Below the pieces are notes generated by a model, which did not search any database, was not told the DNA's origin, and saw nothing but the letters and a program-made list of their open reading frames with translations. Below are positions 8,686 through 17,781 of a stretch of 32,095 bases of DNA, piece after piece (positions within the stretch are counted from its first letter, which is position 1; each line of letters begins with the position of its first letter). The DNA comes from an uncultured Candidatus Saccharibacteria bacterium (lineage in GTDB: Bacteria > Patescibacteriota > Minisyncoccia > UBA6257 > 2-01-FULL-56-20), in the NCBI GenBank assembly GCA_964563735.1, contig CAZLXS010000003.1, positions 1-32,095 of the forward strand, in the 5' to 3' direction. Made by a program: the position numbers and the translations under genes.

Positions 8686-9621
8686 TTAAAGACGACCTAA
8701 TTCTTGTTCTTTTTTAAGGAAATTAACAACCTCTTTCAAACCGGCTTCGATGGAAGTTTTAGGTGACCAACCGAGATTCTGAGCAGCAGAGATGTCGGCC
8801 AAAGTGATTTCTGCTTCGCCTGATAAATTGGACTTGAAAATTGGTTCGACACTCGACTGCATTAAATTCTTAATAAGATTATAAATTTCTAGAACAGAAT
8901 AATTAACCCCACTCCCTAGATTGAAAATTTGATTATTGGTTCTTTCGTCTTCGATGCAAAGCAAAATAAAATCATTCAGATCTTCGATGTAGATAAAATC
9001 CCTTCTCTTTGAACCATTACCAAAAATTACCGGAGTTTCGCCGCGAAGAAGTTTAATAATAAAAGCCGGCATAGACGGAGGAATGGTGCGCCGATAATCT
9101 TGGCGCGGACCATAGACACTGAAGGGCCTGATCTCAGTGGAAGTAACTCCGTGAAACTCTCCATATTTTTTAGCAAAGAAATTAGAACAAACCTTGCTTA
9201 CGGCATAAAAACTTTGAGGCGCAACGGCAGTCGGAGGTGTTGGGAAATTATTAACCCCCTCGTAAACAGCAGAAGATTCAAAATTAATAACTTTAGAAAC
9301 TCTGGCTCTTCTGGCGGCTTCGAAAATATTAGCGGTGCCTACAATATTGATCGAAGCGGTTTCGACTGGATCCTGTTGGCAATCTTCAATACAATTTTTG
9401 GCCGCAAGATGGATAACCACATCAACACCATTAAATAGTGGGTAAATATCTTGGGAACGAATATCAAGCTTGTGAAAATCAACGCTAGCTGGAATCTGAC
9501 TCGACACTCCGTAAGAAAGATTATCAAGGCCCAAAACCTGATAGCCTTCTTTTAATAATCGGTCAGCTAAGTTGGAACCGATAAAACCAGCTACGCCGGT
9601 GATTAGTATTTTTTTCTTCAT
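8686..9621 (-). CDS. NAD-dependent nucleotide-sugar epimerase/dehydratase (extended SDR, GalE-like)
   Basis: 311-aa ORF. Motifs ILITGVAGFIGSNL, ESSAVYE and YAVSK (YxxxK). Confidence 0.8.
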   Translation of the reverse strand: MKKKILITGVAGFIGSNLADRLLKEGYQVLGLDNLSYGVSSQIPASVDFHKLDIRSQDIYPLFNGVDVVIHLAAKNCIEDCQQDPVETASINIVGTANIFEAARRARVSKVINFESSAVYEGVNNFPTPPTAVAPQSFYAVSKVCSNFFAKKYGEFHGVTSTEIRPFSVYGPRQDYRRTIPPSMPAFIIKLLRGETPVIFGNGSKRRDFIYIEDLNDFILLCIEDERTNNQIFNLGSGVNYSVLEIYNLIKNLMQSSVEPIFKSNLSGEAEITLADISAAQNLGWSPKTSIEAGLKEVVNFLKKEQELGRL

Positions 9622-9626
9622 GGTTT

Positions 9627-10565
9627 TTATTTTGATGAAACTAGATTACCCTTAACTAATTTTAATCTTCTTCTTCTGTTTATTAAGTAAAGTTTATGCA
9701 AGAGCTTACCCAAGATACCATTATCAGCCATTAGCCGGCCAAGCCTGACTCGAGCTTTGAGCTTTTCTTCTAATTTATCTAGATTATAAGATTGAATTTC
9801 TTCGTCACTCATCCAGGTTCTCATGAGTTTGAGAATTTGTAAATAATCTTCTTGAGATTTCTGAAGGTAGTTCGGCCGATTAGTAAAACTCTCGGGGTGG
9901 AGGCGACAATAGCCCAAAGCCTTATCTAAATAACAGAATTTAACCTTATTAAAAGCAAACTTTAACCAAAGATACTGTTCATCGGCCCACCGGTAAGCTG
10001 GCCCAAATCCTCCGTATTTTTCAAAAATATTTTTTCGGAAAACTACGCTTAACGGGTTAATAAAATTAGAGCCCAGCAATTTTTTGAAGAGATATCCGGA
10101 GGGCTGATCTAACTTAAAGTAATAAGTTTTTTGCGGATGGCTATGAAAAAAATGATAGACCTTGCAATAACAAAAATCACAATCTGGATGCGCCTCAAGA
10201 TAAGCCACTTGATCGAAAAGTTTAGTGGGGAGAAAAAAATCATCGGCATCGAGGAGGGCGATATATTTTCCGGCGGCCAGAGCCAAGCCATTATTCCTAG
10301 CGGTTGATTGTCCACTATTTTTTTGATGGATATATTTTATGCGGGGATCCTTGAAAGACTGGGCTACCTCCGCAGTCCGATCGGTTGATCCATCATCAAT
10401 AATGATGTGCTCAAAATTTTGATAGGTTTGAGCAAGAACACTCTCTATGGTGGCCTTAAGATAAAACTCCGCGTTGTACGCCGGAGTAATAACTGAGACG
10501 AGTGGTGCTTCTTTCACTTCCCTATTGTAACTCGGATCGTCCTTTTTCAACCTCGATGGGAACAT
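9627..10565 (-). CDS. Glycosyltransferase family 2
   Basis: Motifs VSVITPAYNAEFYL...IIIDDGSTDRT and LLDADDFF (DxD). The ATG at 10565 overlaps the upstream gene by 44 nt. An in-frame GTG at 10517 (MKEAPLVSVITP) would remove the overlap, so the start is uncertain. Confidence 0.85.
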   Translation of the reverse strand: MFPSRLKKDDPSYNREVKEAPLVSVITPAYNAEFYLKATIESVLAQTYQNFEHIIIDDGSTDRTAEVAQSFKDPRIKYIHQKNSGQSTARNNGLALAAGKYIALLDADDFFLPTKLFDQVAYLEAHPDCDFCYCKVYHFFHSHPQKTYYFKLDQPSGYLFKKLLGSNFINPLSVVFRKNIFEKYGGFGPAYRWADEQYLWLKFAFNKVKFCYLDKALGYCRLHPESFTNRPNYLQKSQEDYLQILKLMRTWMSDEEIQSYNLDKLEEKLKARVRLGRLMADNGILGKLLHKLYLINRRRRLKLVKGNLVSSK

Positions 10566-11562
10566 GACGCATATTCAATTTACCCTCCCACCAATCTCGA
10601 TTTTCTTTATACCAAGCAACTGTTCTAGCAAGACCATCTTCAAAACTCACCGTAGGAGCCCAGCCAAGAGTGGCTTTGATCTTACTAAAATCGGCGGTGT
10701 GGCGAAGCACTTGCCCCGGTCTATCTCCAACCTTAACGACTGAAGTTTTGATTTCTGGATTAGTGATCCGGAGGATGGCATCAGCAATATCCTTCACAGC
10801 ATAGCCCCTTCCATTTCCAACATTAAAAACTTGGCCGACAACAACAGCCTTCGGAGCATGCAAAACCAGATCGATGGCTCGAGCAAGATCTTCAACATAG
10901 GTAAAATCACGCTGACTCTGACCCGTGCCGTGAATACTTAAGGGCTCACCCAAAAGAACATTAGTAATAAAACGAGGGATCACTTTTTCTGGATGTTGCT
11001 GAGGTCCATACATATTGAAGGGCCGAATAATAACAGCGGGGATTTGATAGCAGGCTCGATAAGAATAAACTAGACGATCGGCTCCGGCTTTAGCAGCGGC
11101 ATAGGGACTGAGCGGATTTAAGGGGTGGTCTTCACTAATTAATTCTGTTTCAGCCGTACCATAAACCTCGCTAGTCGAAATATGGATGAATCGATCAATC
11201 GAATCCATATTTCTCCAAACGGCGTTGGCAATCTGTTGGGTGCCGATTACGTCGGTTTCAAAGAAATTGGAATTATCAGAGATTGAACGAGCAACATGAG
11301 TTTCAGCGGCAAAATGAATCACTGCATCAGCCTTGGAAATACATTCATCCACAAGAGCACGATTACGAATGTCGCCGTGAATAAAAGTAAAATTTGGAGA
11401 ACCCTTGATCTGTTCTCCAAAATTTTTTAGATCACCAGCATAGGTCAGGGCGTCCAAAACAACATAGTGATAATCTGGATATTTTTTGAATAAATAAGCC
11501 AGAGTATTGGACCCAATAAAACCGGCCGCACCAGTTAAAAGGATAGTCTTCGATTTTGACAT
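10522..11562 (-). CDS. rfbB: dTDP-glucose 4,6-dehydratase-family enzyme (RfbB/RmlB-like)
   Basis: Motifs ILLTGAAGFIGSN, LDALTYAGDLKNF, HFAAETHVARSI, ISTSEVYG, PYAAAKAG, and the C-terminal WYKENRDWWEG. Preferred start is MSKSK at 11562, not the track start at 11598. Confidence 0.75.
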   Translation of the reverse strand: MSKSKTILLTGAAGFIGSNTLAYLFKKYPDYHYVVLDALTYAGDLKNFGEQIKGSPNFTFIHGDIRNRALVDECISKADAVIHFAAETHVARSISDNSNFFETDVIGTQQIANAVWRNMDSIDRFIHISTSEVYGTAETELISEDHPLNPLSPYAAAKAGADRLVYSYRACYQIPAVIIRPFNMYGPQQHPEKVIPRFITNVLLGEPLSIHGTGQSQRDFTYVEDLARAIDLVLHAPKAVVVGQVFNVGNGRGYAVKDIADAILRITNPEIKTSVVKVGDRPGQVLRHTADFSKIKATLGWAPTVSFEDGLARTVAWYKENRDWWEGKLNMRHVPIEVEKGRSELQ

Positions 11563-11594
11563 TGTGGATATTCTATAACCAAGAACCCAAAACG

Positions 11595-12368
11595 TCAATT
11601 AATTTTGAGGAAATCGCTAAGGTAATCTGTGGAATTTTTGAGCGGATAAAGAGAGTTTATTTTTGAGACGTTCATCTCATAAATCTGCTTCTTTGCTTCT
11701 TTGGAAATGCTCGGCGATTTTCCAAAATAATGCTTCGTATCGCTTACGGAGAAAGTGCCAAGACCACCGATGTTAAAAATTACACCTCTTAAATCCTGGA
11801 TTAAAAGAAGAGAGATAATTTCACCGATAGCTTGGGTGGTGATAAGTTGCAATTTAGAATCGAGAGAAACTAGGAGCGGTTGGTCGTTTAGAATATCATA
11901 GAAAGTTCCCCTCTTCATAGAATTTCCTAAAATAATGGGGCAACGGAGGATTAGATAATTAGGGGTAGAGCGCTGAACAATCAATTCACTTAGATACTTA
12001 TGGAATCCATAAGGCTGAAGACCGGATAAATTTATCTCACCATCCTCACTGGTTGATTCTTGATTAGATGGATCTTTGTAAACATTAATAGAAGAAATGT
12101 AGATATATTTCTTAAATTTAAAATCAAAAACGCTCTTATAAGTTGAAAGGGTGGATAAATTAAAATCCTCGAGCACATTTTGATTAGCCCAAAAACGCTT
12201 ACTATTGCCATTCGCATTAATTAAAACATCAAACTCTTCGTTCTGATGTGAGGCATAGTTGTCTCTATTGATTGAGATAATAGGATACTGATCGGCGAAG
12301 AATTTAATGAGATCGGATCCCAACATACCATTACCGCCCAAAATACCGATCCTCAAAGATTGGCCCAT
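11595..12368 (-). CDS. NAD(P)-dependent sugar reductase/epimerase, short RmlD-like SDR
   Basis: 257-aa ORF. Motifs IGILGGNGMLGSDL and YGFHK (YxxxK). Directly downstream of the RfbB-like gene. Confidence 0.6.
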   Translation of the reverse strand: MGQSLRIGILGGNGMLGSDLIKFFADQYPIISINRDNYASHQNEEFDVLINANGNSKRFWANQNVLEDFNLSTLSTYKSVFDFKFKKYIYISSINVYKDPSNQESTSEDGEINLSGLQPYGFHKYLSELIVQRSTPNYLILRCPIILGNSMKRGTFYDILNDQPLLVSLDSKLQLITTQAIGEIISLLLIQDLRGVIFNIGGLGTFSVSDTKHYFGKSPSISKEAKKQIYEMNVSKINSLYPLKNSTDYLSDFLKIN

Positions 12369-12372
12369 AAAA

Positions 12373-13092
12373 TTAAATTTTTTCTGGTAGATCTTTTAAC
12401 CAGACTTCGAGAATTTTGGTCTCGCGGCCAACTAAAGATTTTTCTAGAATATTTTTGATGACCGAATGGTAGTTAGAGATCTCTTTAGTTTTTTTAGCCG
12501 AACAGATAATATTGGGTAAAAAATTAAATCCAAATTTATCTAAACTCTTTAGAAGAGGCTCCGCTTTGGAAAGACCCAGGCTCTTAGAGATGGGAAGTTT
12601 GCTCTCTAGATTATTGGAGAACTTATTAAATTTGAATTCACCGAAACCTAAAAGATCTAACACGTAGCGATATTTTGATTCAGACCAGAAATCCATATGG
12701 TAGGCCCAAGAGGCCTCGTGAGATCCAAAAATATGACGAGCAAGAACGAATTGATCATCAAGCGAGGCAGAAACAAATTTTTTAGCCGATTCCTCGAAAT
12801 CTGGAGTTTCAACCATTAGGAGGCCTCCAACCTTTAGCCAGCGATGCCAGCGAGCCAAGAGAACAAGGGCACCCTGCCTTGAAAAATGCTCTAAAAGGTG
12901 GTGGGAACGAACCTCGTCGATGGTTTTAGCCTCATAATCTAGATCTCGCACGTCGGCATAGATATCGGCCTTAACTTCTTGCGCGGTGTGCTCACTGGGC
13001 GGGAGATCAATATTGACATAGCCCTCTAAATATTTTTCCTGACAACCCAAATGGAGTTTGATTTGTTTTTCATTGTTCATGATATTAGACAT
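12373..13092 (-). CDS. Class I SAM-dependent methyltransferase-like protein
   Basis: 239-aa ORF. Motifs LHLGCQEKYLEGYVNID (degenerate motif I), SHHLLEHF and LKVGGLLMVETPD. This pattern is typical of sugar O-methyltransferases in glycan loci. Confidence 0.6.
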   Translation of the reverse strand: MSNIMNNEKQIKLHLGCQEKYLEGYVNIDLPPSEHTAQEVKADIYADVRDLDYEAKTIDEVRSHHLLEHFSRQGALVLLARWHRWLKVGGLLMVETPDFEESAKKFVSASLDDQFVLARHIFGSHEASWAYHMDFWSESKYRYVLDLLGFGEFKFNKFSNNLESKLPISKSLGLSKAEPLLKSLDKFGFNFLPNIICSAKKTKEISNYHSVIKNILEKSLVGRETKILEVWLKDLPEKI

Positions 13093-14131
13093 TGTATTCT
13101 AATCCGAGTGCTTGAAACAAGTCGTAAAATCTTTTTTCATAAGTGTGTTCTTTTATAGTTCGTTCGTATCCAGCTCGCGCTATATTACTGCGCTCTGATT
13201 CATTAGCTAGGTAATATTTAATTTTATGAGCAAGATCCGCGTTCGAACGATAAAAAACCATCTCCTTGTCTTCTCTATAGTAGTTTTCGATTCCCTTAGA
13301 GTAGCCGGAGAGGACAAAAGCTCCACAGCCAGCGAGCTCAAAGGGTCGAGCGTGGGTATGGGGAATCTGAAAATGCCAATAGGCTCTTAAATTATCTAGT
13401 AAGTGCAGATCAAATTTTAATTGGTTAATTGATTTTTTTAAAAAAATTCTAGCTAGAACCCGAGGAGAGAGGAGGCTGGGCCGAGGATTCAAGTTTAGAT
13501 TAATCTTGCTTCTCGAGAAAATCTCGATCATTTTTTCGTGGGAGATTTTTCCATTAGGCCAGCCTGAACCGAAAGCCTCAACTCTAATTCCAGATTTTTT
13601 AAGTTGATTAATGATCTTGGCGCGAGGTGGTTTGCGCTGACCAACAAAGCTAACATCTATATCCGGCTCCACTGAAACTGGCTGATAGAGTTTAGTGTTG
13701 CAAGCCCACTCTGATTTGATGATATTTTTGTGTCCATATTTTTCGTACCACTCTAGGGCCTGCGGAGAGGTGGTGACTGCACGAGAGAAAAAGGGCGCCC
13801 AATGTCTTGAGTAGTTCCAAAATCTCCAGTAATCATCAGCAAACCAAGCAATGCTTTTGGTCTTGGTTTTAATTTCCCCTAGAACCTCCGGATCCAACTC
13901 ATCCGTATACATAAAAGCAAAAAATAAATCCGGCTTTTCTTTTAAAACTAAATCGAGGAGCTCTTGGTTGAATTTTTTTTGACCCACTTCGAGAATTCGA
14001 TCGAATGGATGCTCGATAACCTCAACACCACTCATTGCTTTGAGCGTAGAGCAGAAATTAACAAATTCAAAACTCTCTCGACCATCAAGACTATAGCGAT
14101 CACGCGCCATACCAGAATAAATTATCTTCAT
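13085..14131 (-). CDS. CgeB-like / GT1-fold glycosyltransferase (Glyco_trans_1_2-type C-terminus)
   Basis: 348-aa ORF. C-terminal pattern ELAGCGAFVLSGYSKGIENYY...MVFYRS...KIKYYLANESERSNIARAGYERTIKEHTYEKRF. Confidence 0.55.
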   Translation of the reverse strand: MKIIYSGMARDRYSLDGRESFEFVNFCSTLKAMSGVEVIEHPFDRILEVGQKKFNQELLDLVLKEKPDLFFAFMYTDELDPEVLGEIKTKTKSIAWFADDYWRFWNYSRHWAPFFSRAVTTSPQALEWYEKYGHKNIIKSEWACNTKLYQPVSVEPDIDVSFVGQRKPPRAKIINQLKKSGIRVEAFGSGWPNGKISHEKMIEIFSRSKINLNLNPRPSLLSPRVLARIFLKKSINQLKFDLHLLDNLRAYWHFQIPHTHARPFELAGCGAFVLSGYSKGIENYYREDKEMVFYRSNADLAHKIKYYLANESERSNIARAGYERTIKEHTYEKRFYDLFQALGLEYNV

Positions 14132-14133
14132 AT

Positions 14134-15141
14134 TTAAAATTTTACCTTTGAAACGACATTCTTGTCTCGATCAACAAAAACCATCTCTTCGTGATTTTTT
14201 ATAATTCTGTTTCTTAGCAGAAGAATTTTTTTCATATATTTCTCCATGGAACTATGTAAAACTTCTGGAATCCTTGAGCCTGAATTATCCGGATGACTAC
14301 GTCCATAACCAGCAAGAGTTGGAATGTAGTAAGAAATATATCCCTTAGCATTGAAATTATAATGAAAATCAATAATGTGCTCCATAATAATATGGCTACC
14401 ACGAGGATACTTGGAAACGCAATCAAGGTAAACATTTTTTACCACACACATTGGTTGTTCACTAAATGGCGTACCGGTGTCTAACCAATACCTGAACCAA
14501 TTCTCTTTTTGCGGTACACCATTGGGGAAATTTCTATGAACAAAAAAATTAAACTTTAATAAAGAGGTTTTAGAAAATATTTTTTTAAGAAGAATTTTTC
14601 TTTTCACAGGACTATTGAAAAGCAGATCCCTTGCCATGCGTAGAATTTTCAAAATAATATTCTTAACAATCTCAGCTTTACCTTCTTTGTAATTTAGGTG
14701 AGAGTAGCTGATATGTTTTTCAGGAAACAAGGTACCGTTATCATGCATTCCTCTAGTAGAGGCCCAAACGAGCGAGACACTTTTATCGGAATCAAAAACT
14801 TTTAAACATTTTTCAAACCATTCTCTATCCAAAAAACCATCCTGACCGGCCACTAACATAACAAACTCACCCCTAGCCATAGCCATTCCTTTCTCAGTAG
14901 CGTCCCAAGGACCCTCATCCGGTTCAGATTTAAACTTTATTCTTGGATCTTCTTTGGCATACTTGGCTATGATCTCCACAGTCCCATCAGTGGATGCTCC
15001 ATCTATTAAGATCAGTTCCCATTCCTTACTGGTTTGAAATTGAATACTCTTTATGGTTTCTTCAATATACCGAGCCACATTCAAAACCACGCAAACAAGC
15101 GATATACGCGGAACATGATTCTGAGCATTATTTTCTTGCAT
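14134..15141 (-). CDS. Glycosyltransferase family 2
   Basis: 335-aa ORF. Motif ISLVCVVLNVARYIEETIKSIQFQT...LILIDGASTDGT, with acidic AGQDGF downstream. Confidence 0.8.
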   Translation of the reverse strand: MQENNAQNHVPRISLVCVVLNVARYIEETIKSIQFQTSKEWELILIDGASTDGTVEIIAKYAKEDPRIKFKSEPDEGPWDATEKGMAMARGEFVMLVAGQDGFLDREWFEKCLKVFDSDKSVSLVWASTRGMHDNGTLFPEKHISYSHLNYKEGKAEIVKNIILKILRMARDLLFNSPVKRKILLKKIFSKTSLLKFNFFVHRNFPNGVPQKENWFRYWLDTGTPFSEQPMCVVKNVYLDCVSKYPRGSHIIMEHIIDFHYNFNAKGYISYYIPTLAGYGRSHPDNSGSRIPEVLHSSMEKYMKKILLLRNRIIKNHEEMVFVDRDKNVVSKVKF

Positions 15142-15144
15142 GAT

Positions 15145-16353
15145 TTAGTTGTTACTTTTCATCAAAGGAGTAGCAAGCATCTCACAAATATAGCTCTCAA
15201 TGCTTAATTTTTCTTTGACTAGTTTTTTTCCGACCTCAGAAATTTTAGAATACAGCAATGGATCCAAAACTAGAGCCTCGACTTTTTCTGCAATCTGATC
15301 TGGGCGAAACGCGTCCACAAATAAAGCATCCACCCCGTCATGAAGAATCTCTATGACAGCTGTTTCGCGTGACACTATAAGCGGAAGACCTACCGCCATG
15401 GCCTCGAATGCTCCGATTGCCCAAAGCTTAATGTTATTCGGGAGTATGAAAATATTACTCGCCTTCATTATTTCTAACAACTCTTTCTCTGTCGTTCCAT
15501 TAAATCTTGCATCAATATACTGCTTTATACTGGACTGATCTATAAAATCTTCAAATTCTTGGCGATAATTTTTGTCATTCCAATAATCTTTACAAATAAG
15601 AGTTACGTGAGCATCATATCCCTTTGCCCGTAAAATTACTGCAGCAGAGATTGTGTCCTCATAACGACGAGCTGGACTTAGAGCTCCTAAGCTTAAAAGA
15701 TTTATATTCTTCTGAGGAGCAATACCAGGTCTATTAGGAAAATAAAAATATTCTAGGTCTACTGGAAGCCGAACAACCTTTACTGGTGGGCCAACTTTTT
15801 TTGCAAGTTTTCTTGCATTTTCATCAAACACTAAAATCCAATCAATAAATCTTCCATAGAATTTAGCTGAAATTTTTTCAAATAACGACATCAAATAACT
15901 TAGACTGTTGGTAATAATATTTTTTTTGGGCGAATGAAAAAATGGGGGATTATGCATAATCCAAACTATTTTTGTTTTTTGATTAATCTTTTTGTAAAAA
16001 AAACCAAGTTTATAAGATTGATCATTTTCGCAGATGATGAAATCAAAATCTTTATCAATTTTTTTAAATACTCGTTTAATGAGGTTGTTATAAAAAAATA
16101 CCTGCCTTATTCTGTTTGAAATTTTTTTAATCATTCCATTTGATCCACGCAATGAGGATAGTGGAGTTGATGGAGGAATGGCGCGTATATCAAGATCATT
16201 ATTTAATCTAGGAAAACATTTCTTCGCATCAAATTCAGCGCAATAGACAACCACACTATGACCGATATTCTTTAGTCCACGAGCAACAGAGAGCATGTGC
16301 TTTGGATCACCGCTTTCGGTTGTAAGGTCAAAATGGATAAGGGCAATTTTCAT
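15145..16353 (-). CDS. Glycosyltransferase family 4 (GT-B, GT1/GT4 type)
   Basis: 402-aa ORF. N-terminus MKIALIHFD...GDPKHMLSVARGLKNIGHSVVVY. C-terminal EX7E region GAFEAMAVGLPLIVSRETAVIEILHDG. Confidence 0.8.
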   Translation of the reverse strand: MKIALIHFDLTTESGDPKHMLSVARGLKNIGHSVVVYCAEFDAKKCFPRLNNDLDIRAIPPSTPLSSLRGSNGMIKKISNRIRQVFFYNNLIKRVFKKIDKDFDFIICENDQSYKLGFFYKKINQKTKIVWIMHNPPFFHSPKKNIITNSLSYLMSLFEKISAKFYGRFIDWILVFDENARKLAKKVGPPVKVVRLPVDLEYFYFPNRPGIAPQKNINLLSLGALSPARRYEDTISAAVILRAKGYDAHVTLICKDYWNDKNYRQEFEDFIDQSSIKQYIDARFNGTTEKELLEIMKASNIFILPNNIKLWAIGAFEAMAVGLPLIVSRETAVIEILHDGVDALFVDAFRPDQIAEKVEALVLDPLLYSKISEVGKKLVKEKLSIESYICEMLATPLMKSNN

Positions 16354-16409
16354 TAAATTGTTCTAGAATTTACCAGATCTGCACGAGGGAAACTTTATGG
16401 ACCAGAGAT

Positions 16410-16985
16410 CTATTCTTGCGTCTCCAAAAATTTATCAACGCATTCACAAATGGAATGGTATATGATTTGATGCACCTCTTGAATTCTGGCTGTTTCTTTT
16501 GTTGGAACAGCTAGAACCACATCAGCAATATCGTTAAAATGCTGACTATCCTCACCCGTAAATACAATAATAGATAGATGCTGCTCTTTGGCTTGCTTAA
16601 TCGCAGCTAGAATATTTTTAGATCTGCCACTCGTCGTAAAAGCCAATAGAACATCCCCCGGATTACCTAGTGCTCTAATTTTGCGTGCGAACACAAGATC
16701 AAAACTATAATCGTTACTAATAGCCGTAAGTGCTGAAGTGTCAGTAGTAAGCGCTATTGATTTGATCGGTCGACGATCATTTTTATAACGACAAAGAAAT
16801 TCTCCAGATAGATGTTGGCTGTCTGCAGCAGAACCACCATTACCACAAGTAAATATGCAAGAATTTTCCTTGGCAGCGGCAAAAATAATTTTACTGGCCT
16901 TATCTACTTCAGGGATAATGACTCCTAGACTAAGCTCAACAATTTCTTGATGCCTCTTAAAAGCGTTAGTAATTATATCTGTCAT
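16410..16985 (-). CDS. gmhA: D-sedoheptulose 7-phosphate isomerase
   Basis: Canonical motifs CGNGGSAADSQHLSGEFLCRY, LTAISNDYSFDLVFARK, TTSGRSKNILAAI, FTGEDS and RIQEVHQIIYH. The start at ATG 16985 (MTDIITN) puts CGNGGS 47 aa in, as in known GmhA. The track start at 17099 lies inside the terminator hairpin. Confidence 0.9.
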   Translation of the reverse strand: MTDIITNAFKRHQEIVELSLGVIIPEVDKASKIIFAAAKENSCIFTCGNGGSAADSQHLSGEFLCRYKNDRRPIKSIALTTDTSALTAISNDYSFDLVFARKIRALGNPGDVLLAFTTSGRSKNILAAIKQAKEQHLSIIVFTGEDSQHFNDIADVVLAVPTKETARIQEVHQIIYHSICECVDKFLETQE

Positions 16986-17025
16986 GCGATGACTTGATAG
17001 ACGTAAAACTATCTTTGTCGCCATA

Positions 17026-17054
17026 ATACTACAATGAATATAGAAGTTCTTCAA
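17026..17054 (-). promoter_or_regulatory. Candidate sigma70-type promoter for gmhA and downstream genes
   Basis: Minus strand reads TTGAAG (17049-17054), a 17-nt spacer, then TAGTAT (17026-17031). It lies directly after the terminator palindrome and about 40 nt before the gmhA ATG. The -10 element is weak. Confidence 0.3.
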
Positions 17055-17074
17055 TGCTTTTCGCCATATGAATA

Positions 17075-17110
17075 AAAGAGGGTCGATGACTAATGTCATC
17101 GACCCTCTTT
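17075..17110 (-). terminator. Rho-independent terminator (perfect palindrome, potentially bidirectional)
   Basis: AAAGAGGGTCGATGAC / TAAT / GTCATCGACCCTCTTT gives a perfect 16-bp stem and a 4-nt loop. On the minus transcript the stem is followed by UUUUAUU. It lies 53 nt after the Nudix stop codon. Confidence 0.75.
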
Positions 17111-17162
17111 TGTGCTATGAAGCAGATCCGTGAACCTGGATGTACTTATTTAAAATCCCAAT

Positions 17163-17690
17163 TCAATTCCTCCTTCTACCTTCAATCCGAGCCACAATCT
17201 CATGGATTAAGACCCGATGATGTGGCAAGAGATCTGACGGCAGATCATCCAAAGAAAAGAACACACCACTCCCGGTGTACGGACCGACGAGCCAACACGC
17301 ATGGAGCAAGGAGATTTGATGGCGGGCAGGATCCTGACCAGGTCCACTCCCCTTCACGACCTCTATCCACCCCAGAGAGACCGGCTTCGTGACATAACCC
17401 CCATCCAATTCTTCTACACGCAATCGATTGATTGCGTCGGAGACGGTTTCATTCCCCCGAAGAACAGTGCCCGGCATATGGTTGCCTTCATACTCTTCGT
17501 CTCGCCGATAGAATAAGAGGATTTGATCGTTATCAAAAACTGCAAGTTCTATCGGGACCGAAACGGACATGCCGACCAAGGCCCGAAATACATTTGGCTC
17601 AAGTGGCCATCGTGCCCGGCTCAATAACGGAGCAAGCTGCTTGTTTTCTCCATCTGCTAAATCATCGGTCGGACTGTTGCTATCACTCAA
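17163..17690 (-). CDS. Nudix-fold hydrolase, GDP-mannose mannosyl hydrolase (Gmm/NudD/WcaH)-like
   Basis: 175-aa ORF. TTG start at 17690 is preceded by AAGGAGG with 5-nt spacing. Degenerate Nudix box PGTVLRGNETVSDAINRLRVEELDG has Ex7R, RL instead of RE as in NudD, and retains EE. G+C is about 51% by hand count against about 37-39% in the flanks. Confidence 0.6.
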   Translation of the reverse strand: MSDSNSPTDDLADGENKQLAPLLSRARWPLEPNVFRALVGMSVSVPIELAVFDNDQILLFYRRDEEYEGNHMPGTVLRGNETVSDAINRLRVEELDGGYVTKPVSLGWIEVVKGSGPGQDPARHQISLLHACWLVGPYTGSGVFFSLDDLPSDLLPHHRVLIHEIVARIEGRRRN

Positions 17691-17781
17691 ATCTTCCTCC
17701 TTGGTTAGATTTATGGCCAGCTTGAAAGTTGATATTGAATTACTTTTTTAAAAATTAGGATGCGCCTAAAAACTACTTAAT

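Noticed and set aside
6822-9438. Antisense ORFs of 100 aa (6822-7124) and 112 aa (9100-9438), plus many 60-72-aa track ORFs throughout the window. Examples: 555-773, 1353-1544, 3056-3531, 5069-5443, 7757-8207, 14232-14484, 15353-16119, 19193-19721, 27965-28262, 29226-29720, 30643-31494.
   Set aside because: All are nested within, or antisense to, longer ORFs with strong family signatures. None has a start context or motif that argues for real coding.
16986-17099. N-terminal 38-codon extension of gmhA in the ORF track (start at 17099).
   Set aside because: That ATG lies inside the 36-nt terminator palindrome. The extension is hydrophobic and non-homologous. ATG 16985 reproduces the normal GmhA N-terminal length.
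17093-17751. Four overlapping plus-strand ORFs (17093-17392, 17301-17516, 17432-17725, 17569-17751; 60-99 aa) inside the GC-rich island.
   Set aside because: Long open frames in several phases are expected in a roughly 51% G+C segment. None has an SD or a recognisable motif. The products are Arg/Pro/Ser-rich low-complexity sequences. The minus-strand 175-aa frame has a strong SD, a promoter, a terminator and a Nudix-like box.
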